A stretch of 64,000 bases of DNA from Longimicrobiales bacterium (GTDB lineage: Bacteria; Gemmatimonadota; Gemmatimonadetes; Longimicrobiales; Gaopeijiaceae), in contig OZ250165.1 in the NCBI GenBank assembly GCA_965238005.1, forward strand, positions 2,016,001 to 2,080,000. Reading direction: 5' to 3'. The stretch's first letter is position 1. Every line of letters starts with the position of its first letter. Made by a program: the position numbers and the translations under genes. This document shows positions 28,699 through 36,692 of the stretch, one piece after another. Under the pieces are notes generated by a model, which saw nothing but the letters and a program-made list of their open reading frames with translations, was not told the origin of the DNA and did no database searches.

Positions 28699-29102
28699 GA
28701 CACACTCGAAGAAAGTTTCTCGCGACCACCTTGACCGTTCTCGTCACCAGCGCGTTGTCGTGCGGCGGCGGCGGCGACGGCGACGAGGCCCCCGACGGCC
28801 TCACCCCACCGACCGATGTGGACTGCCTTTCCAACGGAGCTACGGCGGACGTTGCGGGGGCCGGGGGGGACGCCGGCGGAGCGCACCGCCACGCGTTGTC
28901 GGTCTCCCAAGAAGACGTGCGGGCAGGCGTGGAGAAGACCTACGAAGTCAGCAGCCCGGGCAACCACGCACACAGCGTGACGCTCACGGCCGACCACTTC
29001 GCCTCGCTCCAGGCCAATCAGTCCGTAACGGTCGGCGTCAGCACCTGGACCGCCGCCGACGGTCGTTCCCACACTCACATCGCAGCGGTCAGCTGCTCCT
29101 GA
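28695..29102 (+). CDS. Tat-exported lipoprotein with three HxH motifs (putative metal-binding)
   Basis: TRRKFL, lipobox LSC, AHRH / NHAH / SHTH. Confidence 0.7.
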   Translation: MRHTRRKFLATTLTVLVTSALSCGGGGDGDEAPDGLTPPTDVDCLSNGATADVAGAGGDAGGAHRHALSVSQEDVRAGVEKTYEVSSPGNHAHSVTLTADHFASLQANQSVTVGVSTWTAADGRSHTHIAAVSCS

Positions 29103-29572
29103 CGAGTGGAGCTAATCACCTTGCTGCGCGTGCCAGCGCCTGGTCCATGCCCGACGCCAGCGTCTCGGAGTCTCGTCGAAGAGCTGTGAAACGTTCCGCA
29201 GGTTTGTTCTCGACGAATGCCCGGCCATGGAGACGATGCAATGCATCTGTGAGGGCTCGAAACACTTCGGAGGAACGACGGGCGAGGGTGTTACCATGAC
29301 GCGGGAACGCAAGTAGGTCGTCGGTCCTACTGCTCTTCCCGTCACTATGCGCCCCCACGGTGATTCTTGGGGAAATCCCGATATTTGCGGTTAGGTTGTG
29401 CGGCTACTGGGGCTCGCGAGGCTGCACGACGTGGAGGGGCGGACGGTGGTACCGCTACGCCAGGCGACTGAGGCATGAGGGCACCTTTTCGTGCCCCGCG
29501 TGGGCACAATTTAGGCACAATCGGGCCGCAGAGGCCGAGTCTAGCGATGTGGAAAAGCGACGAGAAGCCAAG

Positions 29573-29655
29573 TGCCGGGGGTGGGACTCGAACCCACATG
29601 GGATTGCTCCCAGGGGATTTTAAGTCCCCTGCGTCTACCATTTCGCCACCCCGGC
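29573..29655 (-). tRNA. tRNA-Leu (anticodon TAA), CCA not encoded
   Basis: GCCGGGG acceptor stem, TGGTAGAC D-loop, GGGGA-CTTAAAA-TCCCC anticodon arm, long variable arm, GTTCGAGTC T-loop. Confidence 0.97.
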
Positions 29656-29736
29656 GATGTCAGGAATCCTAACGCTTCCTGCTGTTTTCCACATTGGCTA
29701 GGGCGGACGCCCTCCCTGTGTTCCGACCTCTCCCTC

Positions 29737-30300
29737 TCAACGCCCGTAGCCTTCGGGTAGTCCCTGTGGAAATCGAGAGTATCTCAGCAGGTCTCCGCTG
29801 ACTGGACGGACCTCGGCCCAACTGCTCCCGATCACGTCCAGAGAAAAGAGCCCTCCGATGACGCCCCAACTCAACGTCGTTCCGAGGAACACTACCCCAC
29901 ATGATCGCACGTTTATTACGTCGTCGTAGCTGGAGCAAGCCGCAGCCATCCCGATGCCGGTCACAGCTGCACCGATCCCGATCCACGTCCACACCTTTTT
30001 CGCTCCGAACCCGTGTCGCCGCACCTGTATCTCGCCCAGGCCGTCAAACGAGATGTTCCTGGTCCGTCCATTCGACAACAGCCACATCGACCGATCGTCG
30101 ACAGCAAGCAACTCCCCCTCTACACGGTTGCCCGCACGGTAATCGAACCGGATCACGCGTCCTTTCGTCAACTCGACGAGCCTGGAGTCCAACGGAGGAC
30201 CTAGCCCGGAGTCCGAGGCCGGGACCGCCTGAGCCGACAGCGGCTGCACGATCCATAGGGTCAGAACGGTCGCTCTTACGAGAATCGCCGAACGCATCAT
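29737..30300 (-). CDS. Hypothetical exported/membrane protein
   Basis: SD AGGAGG before ATG 30300; signal peptide and a C-terminal Gly-rich hydrophobic hairpin. Confidence 0.7.
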   Translation of the reverse strand: MMRSAILVRATVLTLWIVQPLSAQAVPASDSGLGPPLDSRLVELTKGRVIRFDYRAGNRVEGELLAVDDRSMWLLSNGRTRNISFDGLGEIQVRRHGFGAKKVWTWIGIGAAVTGIGMAAACSSYDDVINVRSCGVVFLGTTLSWGVIGGLFSLDVIGSSWAEVRPVSGDLLRYSRFPQGLPEGYGR

Positions 30301-30302
30301 CG

Positions 30303-31826
30303 TTACCTCCTGAACCGGCTGGACCAGAAACTTTCCTCCATGTCGGCTTCGATCGCCTTGTAGGCGGGGGCCAGCTTCCGCAACGCCGCCGCGGGCCAAA
30401 AGAGCATCGTCGCAACCATCAACGGGTCTTCCTCGGCGATCCACTCCGACCGGTTCCACTCGTAGTAGTATCCTTGGCTCTCCAAAAAGAGCTCGTATGC
30501 CGGTGCGTCCGCCGGCATCTCGAAGGTCATTCGCAACTCGTCGCCCATGGCCGTGACCAGATATCGATCGGGGTCTCGCAGCAGATCGATTTGACTCTCC
30601 GCGACCCCGGGGTCCGAGGAGAACGACGGTGGAACGGCGATGGCCTCGGCAGGCCGCCCAAGCCGCGCCAGTCTCACTGCATCCACTCGCCAGTTCCCCT
30701 GTACCATCCTGAGTCGAACACGGATCGGCCCCGAGCCTGTGGCCTCGAAGGGGAAAGCGATCTCGTCGCCGGCAATCGGACCAGCCTCATCGAAGGTGCC
30801 GATCGAGCGCCACGGTCCAGCCCCTTCGGCCACGTCGATCACGATTCCACCGAGCATGCCCATCAGGCCTGACACGCTCTCCAGCAACTCGGGGTTCCCC
30901 CTCTCGACCTCGGCGAGCATCTCGCCTAGGCGCGTTCCGGCAAACGCCAGCCCTTGGTAGAACAGAAACGTCGAGAGAAGCGTGTTTCGCCCGGCGAGAA
31001 CGATCGCCAGCTCGCCCTCGATGGCCGGGAGCACCACGACCATCTCCTCCCACGTTCCGAGGTCTTTGGGATCGGCCTCGCTCCAACGCTCGATGCCGTC
31101 GACGCTCCGAACCGCCTCCAGACACGGTCCAGCAGCCGACTCGCACGCCACCGGCTCCAAGATCTCCGTCCCGATTTCAAAGCCGCCCTCCGAGCCATGG
31201 AACACGGATTCCGTCGGCCCCACGGGAACAGCCAGAACGCGCAGTGAGCGCACGGCGTGGGTCTCGGGCGCTTCGTTTCGCATCGTGACCGACACGATCT
31301 CGCCCGCCGTAGCCCTTCGGCGCTAAACCAGCGCGTCCAGGTCTACGGCCTCGAGGGCACGAGCGAAGCTGGAGGAGAATCCTTCGGCCGCAGGGACAGC
31401 GGTCTCTCCGTCCACGTAGAAGGTCGGGCAAGATCCGAAGCAAGACTTTGGATCGGCCGCACAGATCAGCGTGAGTCCGCCGGTGACGGCACTCCATGTG
31501 CTGAGTCCCACCTTGCCCAGGACCCCGACTTGCTCCGAATCGTTCGCCTCGAGGAGCGCGATCTCACCTGATGGAATCCGGAATTCCTGCCGCGGCGAGG
31601 TCTGAACCCGATCCGTATCGAAGCGCCACCCTTGCCCAACGACCGTATCGGAGGTAACGGCGTTCCAGCTTTGGAGCAGGACCAGATCGCCCGAAATCAG
31701 GTGGACCTTGAGGACATCGGCGCTTGACGTCGAGATCGTGCCATCCACGGAATGCAGAGTGGGATCCCATGTATTGAAGCCGCACGAGAACGATAGGAGC
31801 AGGACCACGGCCAGCGTCGGCACCAT
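30303..31826 (-). pseudogene. Lipoprotein gene split by a single in-frame TAG at 31323-31325
   Basis: ORFs 31323-31970 and 30303-31295 share one frame; lipobox FSC; CAADPKSCFGSCPTFY; C-terminal GYYYEW. Confidence 0.7.
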
Positions 31827-32040
31827 CCCCCACCGGGGGACTGAGCCCAGGCACCTCACACGCACATCCAGGTTGGCAATCCTAAGGATAGGCATCATGG
31901 AAGGGGCATGGCGTCCGCCATTTGATCTCCCTTCATGACGGTATGAGTGTCTACGGCGAAGATGCGTCAATCGGGGTTCCGATCTGATACGTCATATTAC
32001 TTGGTAATTATGCACTTGACACAATCTTGTGTGGGTGTTA

Positions 32041-32199
32041 CTATTCATGTATGGACTTCGTAACGCCTTTCCTGCCAGCGGTTTCAGCCACTCGGTCGAG
32101 CTCTTTTTTCAGCCGTTTGCCAAACACCTTCTCAGCTAGCTTCACGTCATCCATATCTACCTTCGTAAGCTTCTGCTTTTTCTTAGGAGTCTGATTCAT
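32041..32199 (-). CDS. Small basic ORF inside the IS, divergent from the transposase
   Basis: MNQTPKKKQKLTKVDMDDVKLAEKVFGKRLKKELDRVAE..., 52 aa, amphipathic Lys-rich. Confidence 0.5.
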   Translation of the reverse strand: MNQTPKKKQKLTKVDMDDVKLAEKVFGKRLKKELDRVAETAGRKGVTKSIHE

Positions 32200-33082
32200 G
32201 GACATCGTCTCCCTACTGGATCGTTTCGCTAACGAGGACACCTGCCGGAAGCACCTGGAGGCTCTGCGTTGGCCCAGTGGTGTCGCGTGCACCCGGTGCG
32301 GCGATATGGACGTGAGCCCGATCAAAGGCAGGGGCCAGTGGCACTGCATCGGATGCGGCTACCACTTCAGCGTGAAGTCCGGCACGATCATGCACGACTC
32401 GCACCTGCCGCTCCGGAAGTGGTTCGCCGCAATCTACCTGCTCTGCCAGTCCAAGAAAGGCATGAGCGCCCACCAGTTGCACCGGACAATCGGCGTGGCC
32501 TACAGGACGGCCTGGTACCTCTGCCACCGCATCCGCGAGGCGATGGGCAACGACCCGTTCACCGGCCCTACGCTCTTCGGCATCGTCGAAGTTGACGAGA
32601 CCTTGGTGGGCGGAAAGACCAGGGGCAAGGGTCCCGCCTACAAGGGCAACAAGACCTGGGTGGCCGGGGCCATCCAACGCGGCGGTCAGGTACGCCTTGA
32701 GCGCATCCCCAACATCCGGAAGCACACCCTTCATGACTTCATCGCCCGCACCGTCAGAGACGAGGCCGAGGCAATCTACACCGATGAACTCAAGTCCTAC
32801 CTCGGGATCGCTGACGACGACACCCGCCATGAGACCGTCAGGCACTCCGAAGAGGAATGGGTCCTGGGCGACGTCCACACCAACGGCATTGAAGGCGTCT
32901 GGAGCCTCTTCAAGCGCTCTATCGTAGGATCGTTCCACAAGATCAGCGCCAAGCACATGGACCGCTATTTGGAAGAACTGGAATGGCGCTATAACAACCG
33001 CGACAACCCCAACATCTTCCGCGACACCCTCCGGCGCATCGTGAACACCGACCCGCTCACCTACCGCGAGCTGGTGGCCTAG
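32198..33082 (+). CDS. IS1595-family DDE transposase
   Basis: Zn ribbon (CTRC, CIGC), HTH, VEVDET, IYTDE, HTNGIEGVWS, RYLEELEWRYN. Confidence 0.96.
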   Translation: MDIVSLLDRFANEDTCRKHLEALRWPSGVACTRCGDMDVSPIKGRGQWHCIGCGYHFSVKSGTIMHDSHLPLRKWFAAIYLLCQSKKGMSAHQLHRTIGVAYRTAWYLCHRIREAMGNDPFTGPTLFGIVEVDETLVGGKTRGKGPAYKGNKTWVAGAIQRGGQVRLERIPNIRKHTLHDFIARTVRDEAEAIYTDELKSYLGIADDDTRHETVRHSEEEWVLGDVHTNGIEGVWSLFKRSIVGSFHKISAKHMDRYLEELEWRYNNRDNPNIFRDTLRRIVNTDPLTYRELVA

Positions 33083-33160
33083 GTGGCCGCCCCCAATTGG
33101 AAGCCTAAGACGATTTGGCGACCGGGGCATGGAGTACCTGAAAGCCAAGCTCCAACTCAC

Positions 33161-33766
33161 TTAGTTCACGGAACCCGCAAGAGTTTCCCACAGCTTTTTC
33201 ATCCAGTTCTTGATCCGCACAGGCCGCCGGGCTCTCGTGAGGGTGACTGTAGGCTCTAGAATAGAAACCGACCATTCGGCCGAACCGGCGTCGGCGGACA
33301 AGGGAGGCAGGGTTATAGCCCTGGCAGCCGCGAGCCTCTTTGTCTCTGCCATCGATTGAATCACCGGAAACCAGTTGCGCAACACATCTACGTCCATTTG
33401 GGGGCACGGGACATCAAGTGATCCTAGCTTGTGCATTATCACCAGAATTTCCGCCCTAGTCTTACCGGTGAAATCTAGGCTCCCACCGTCCCAGGATGCA
33501 GTATCGCCCTCCATGAATGAAGCGTGAGCAGCTTTGATTTCAGTGGTCAAATCGTGAAATCGATTTGCTGACCTAAGGCGGCGTATCCATGGCCAGTTGA
33601 TGATAGCTAGCAAGCCGGTGAACAACGTGAACAGCGCCGCGTAATCTGACCCCACCAAATTCACCGGCACGGTAAGCCCCACTGGCCAGAGCCATCTAGA
33701 GAGCGCCCACACGTCGCCGCAGAGAAAAGCCAGGTTCCAGTAGATCTTTGTTCTTTTCCATAGCAT
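33161..33766 (-). CDS. IS passenger: hypothetical protein with two N-terminal TM segments
   Basis: 201-aa ORF wholly within the IS TIRs; lower GC than the host genes. Confidence 0.6.
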   Translation of the reverse strand: MLWKRTKIYWNLAFLCGDVWALSRWLWPVGLTVPVNLVGSDYAALFTLFTGLLAIINWPWIRRLRSANRFHDLTTEIKAAHASFMEGDTASWDGGSLDFTGKTRAEILVIMHKLGSLDVPCPQMDVDVLRNWFPVIQSMAETKRLAAARAITLPPLSADAGSAEWSVSILEPTVTLTRARRPVRIKNWMKKLWETLAGSVN

Positions 33767-34034
33767 CCCCCCATGCTACGGCCCGCCGGCGATTGCGTCA
33801 AGTGCAGAATCACCTATTACTTTTAGCGATAGCTGTCAGACCACGTAGCGAGTTGCTCTTCGGCGAGTCGTACGTATCTTTATGTCGTGAGTATACGTAC
33901 GGGTCCTCCTCACCCTCGAGGACCGGTCCCGCCGTCCCCGAGCACCTCAGCGGGCTGCGAGTCTGGCGCTGGACTGCACGCATGCAGGGCCAACGTCCAG
34001 ACTACCCATCGGGAAGCTCCACAACCCATGCCCG

Positions 34035-34472
34035 CTAGGGCTTCCTACGAGCGAGCCAGTAATCCACGGACATGCGATCCTCCGAGGCCGGCATGGTCAA
34101 CACAAAGAGCAGGAGCGCCGTCCGGGGAATGACGTGGGTATGAAACTCGTACAACGGGTCCGCGAGCAGGTGGCCAAATGTTACGAGAATCAAAACGCCC
34201 CCGAGCGCGAGGAGCGCTGGACGAGTCCATAGTCCGACCAGGAGCAAAGCGCCTGCAACGAATTCCACGAATGGAACGACAGCCCCTACCGCCCACAGAG
34301 ACCACGTCGGCAGAAAGGTGTCCGCATAGGGCCCAACGAACCAGCGGCGAGCATGACCAACGGGGCCAAGCGTGAACAACTTCCACAGCCCGGCCATGAA
34401 GAAGATCAGGCCGAGAATGGCTCGAGCGATGAGGATTGCCCAGCTGCGGCTGTGGATCTGACTGAGGTTCAT
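34035..34472 (-). CDS. DoxX-family membrane protein
   Basis: ARAILGLIFFMAGLWK, EFVAGALLLVGLWTR, SVD. Confidence 0.85.
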   Translation of the reverse strand: MNLSQIHSRSWAILIARAILGLIFFMAGLWKLFTLGPVGHARRWFVGPYADTFLPTWSLWAVGAVVPFVEFVAGALLLVGLWTRPALLALGGVLILVTFGHLLADPLYEFHTHVIPRTALLLFVLTMPASEDRMSVDYWLARRKP

Positions 34473-34653
34473 CTGAACGGTGGATCCCGTATGGGGATTT
34501 GTGCCGCACCCTAACGACTAGCGATTGACCTGCGCCCGCTTCGCGGTGCTCGGTCGTCTCTGGTCAGGGCCACGACAAGTCGCCATTCTATTGAGCAACC
34601 GACAACGAGGGCAATCGAAGACATCACACCCGCCGCCCGGACCTCTTCCATAG

Positions 34654-35316
34654 ATGAACCCCGAGCGCTTTTCCAAGCTCACCTCGGCACTGCGGCGGCG
34701 CCAGCCTGACCTTACGGTGCTCATGGAGCGGGTCCATAAGAGCCACAACCTTTCGGCCATCCTACGCAACTGCGATGCCGTGGGCGTACTGGAGGCCCAC
34801 GCGGTGCCACCGACGGAGGGGTTGGACCTCCACGGACACACGTCCGCAGGTACGTCTAAGTGGGTCAAAGTGGTCCGGCACGCCACCACCCGAGACGCCG
34901 TGGAGACCTTGAAGGGCCTAGGATTCCACGTACTGGCGGCCCACCCCGGACCCGAGGCTACGGACTTCCGCGACGTCGACTACACCCGGCCCACGGCCAT
35001 CATGATGGGTGCGGAGCTCCTGGGACTCAGCGAGGAGGGGCTCGCTCTCGCCGACGAACACGTCGTGATCCCCATGGTGGGGATGGCCCACTCCTTCAAC
35101 GTCTCGGTGGCCACGGCGATCCTGCTCTTCGAGGCCTTCCGCCAGAGGCAGGCTGCCGGCATGTACGACGCCTCTCGCCTCCACGAGACCGAGTTCGAGC
35201 GGATCCTCTTCGAGTGGGCCTATCCACGGGTGGCCCGGCACTACCGGGAGCGAGGAACGCCCTACCCGCCCTTGAGTGCCGACGGCGGATTCGGGGCGAC
35301 TTCCCTGCCCAGCTGA
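34654..35316 (+). CDS. trmH: tRNA (guanosine-18-2'-O)-methyltransferase
   Basis: RRQPDLTV..E.VHKSHNLSAILR.CDAVG, GAELLG, IPMVGM..SFNVSVA. Confidence 0.93.
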   Translation: MNPERFSKLTSALRRRQPDLTVLMERVHKSHNLSAILRNCDAVGVLEAHAVPPTEGLDLHGHTSAGTSKWVKVVRHATTRDAVETLKGLGFHVLAAHPGPEATDFRDVDYTRPTAIMMGAELLGLSEEGLALADEHVVIPMVGMAHSFNVSVATAILLFEAFRQRQAAGMYDASRLHETEFERILFEWAYPRVARHYRERGTPYPPLSADGGFGATSLPS

Positions 35317-36692
35317 TACCGCAGCGACTCCTCCAGCCCGGGATATACGAACTCGAAGCCGGTCTCCTCGGCCACGGCCGGTCGCGCCCGGGCACTCGAG
35401 AGCAACATTTCGGTGCCCATCTCCCCGAAGAGAGCCTTCACCGCCAGGCTGGGGACGGGCACGAGGGTCGGCCGGTGGAGCACCCTGCCCAAGGTGCTGG
35501 TGAATGTCGAGTTCGGCACGGGATAGGGTGTGGTGGCGTTCACGGGCCCCCGTATCGTGTCGGTGCGCATCACGTGGAGGATCAAGCTCAGCATGTCATC
35601 GTGATCGATCCAGCTCATGTACTGCCGGCCGCTTCCCAGCCGACCCCCGATCCCCACCTTGAAGGGGAGGAGCATGGTGCCCAATGCGCCTCCAGCCGGC
35701 GTCAGGACCAGGCCGGTACGGAGGTTCACAACCCGAATGGCCATTCTGGCGGCCGGTCGCGTTGCCTCTTCCCAGGCTTTACAGAGCTCCGCGAGAAACC
35801 CCTTCCCGGGCTTGGAGCTCTCCGTGAGCACCTGATTGCCCCTGTCGCCGTAGTACCCCACGGCCGAGGAGGCCACGAGCACCCGGGGAGGCCGTCTCAG
35901 CTGGGCGAGGGTGCGGGCCAGCCACTCCGTCGCCTTCACACGGCTCTGCCAGATGCGCTTCTTCTTATCGTCGGTCCATCGAAGGCCCAGCAGAGGCTCC
36001 CCGGCCAGGTGCACGACCGCGTCCAGTCCCTCGAGCTTGCTCATGTCCTCGGGCTCACCACTCGGATTCCAGAGCGCGTCGTCGGGGCCGAGCGCCCCTG
36101 CATCCCGTCGCAGCCGGACGACCCGGTGTCCCCCTGTGGTGAGCATGGCGCACAGGGCATGGCCGATGAGGCCGGTAGAGCCGGTCACGCCGACCTTCAG
36201 GGTCCGGTCCTCCCGGTAGCGGTCGATGCGGTCGAGATCGTTGGCCAGCCTCTGGTGCCGGAACGTGAAGAGGCGCTCGAGCTCGTGCTCCACGGTGGAT
36301 CCTCCGAGCAGCTGCCCGGCCACGCCCATGGGGAGCTCCCAGTCCACGTGATCCTCCACCAGACACCCGCCCGTCTCCGTTGGCTCGAATCGGTGCGTAT
36401 GGACCCATCGCGTGAACGGACCGCGAGTCTGCTCATCCCGGAACGACACGCCCTTCTCGAAGTCGGTGTGCCGCACCTCCCACTTGACATCGGTGGGCCC
36501 GCGTCGAACCCGGAAGAGGATCCGGCCGCCGTCGGCCGGTGTACCTGAGCGCTTCAGGATCTCGACGCTCTCCCAGGGGGGAATGAGGCGCTCGAGGGCC
36601 CCTGGGCGCATATGCCAGGCGAAGACCTTGTCGAGAGGGTGATTCAACCGGGTCCGCAGAACGAACTCAGGCAATCCAGCCTTGCCTCTCAC
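35262..36692 (-). CDS. SRPBCC domain + TIGR01777-family NAD-dependent epimerase fusion
   Basis: VFAWH.RPGALERL.PPW, GPF..WVHTH; GSTGLIG, VVHLAGE, SSAVGYYG, GGRLGSGRQ. Confidence 0.88.
   Translation of the reverse strand: MRGKAGLPEFVLRTRLNHPLDKVFAWHMRPGALERLIPPWESVEILKRSGTPADGGRILFRVRRGPTDVKWEVRHTDFEKGVSFRDEQTRGPFTRWVHTHRFEPTETGGCLVEDHVDWELPMGVAGQLLGGSTVEHELERLFTFRHQRLANDLDRIDRYREDRTLKVGVTGSTGLIGHALCAMLTTGGHRVVRLRRDAGALGPDDALWNPSGEPEDMSKLEGLDAVVHLAGEPLLGLRWTDDKKKRIWQSRVKATEWLARTLAQLRRPPRVLVASSAVGYYGDRGNQVLTESSKPGKGFLAELCKAWEEATRPAARMAIRVVNLRTGLVLTPAGGALGTMLLPFKVGIGGRLGSGRQYMSWIDHDDMLSLILHVMRTDTIRGPVNATTPYPVPNSTFTSTLGRVLHRPTLVPVPSLAVKALFGEMGTEMLLSSARARPAVAEETGFEFVYPGLEESLRYQLGREVAPNPPSALKGG

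Larger units (their letters stand above)
32003..33814 (+). mobile_element. Complete IS1595-family element (ISNwi1-like ends), 1812 bp, with passenger ORFs
   Basis: TIRs GGTAATTATGCACTTGACACAATC versus reverse complement GGTGATTCTGCACTTGACGCAATC (21/24); 8-bp TSD TATTACTT at 31995-32002 and 33815-33822. Confidence 0.95.

Noticed and set aside
25759..31325. Amber recoding (pyrrolysine or alternative genetic code)
   Set aside because: TAG is used as a normal stop by many housekeeping genes here (pccB, aroF, argH, nadC); no pyl genes in the window
32213..33160. 315-aa minus-strand ORF over the transposase
   Set aside because: Antisense shadow of the IS1595 transposase
33869..33901. Inverted repeat CGTACGTAT...ATACGTACG beside the IS
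   Set aside because: Single short palindrome with no second copy or functional context
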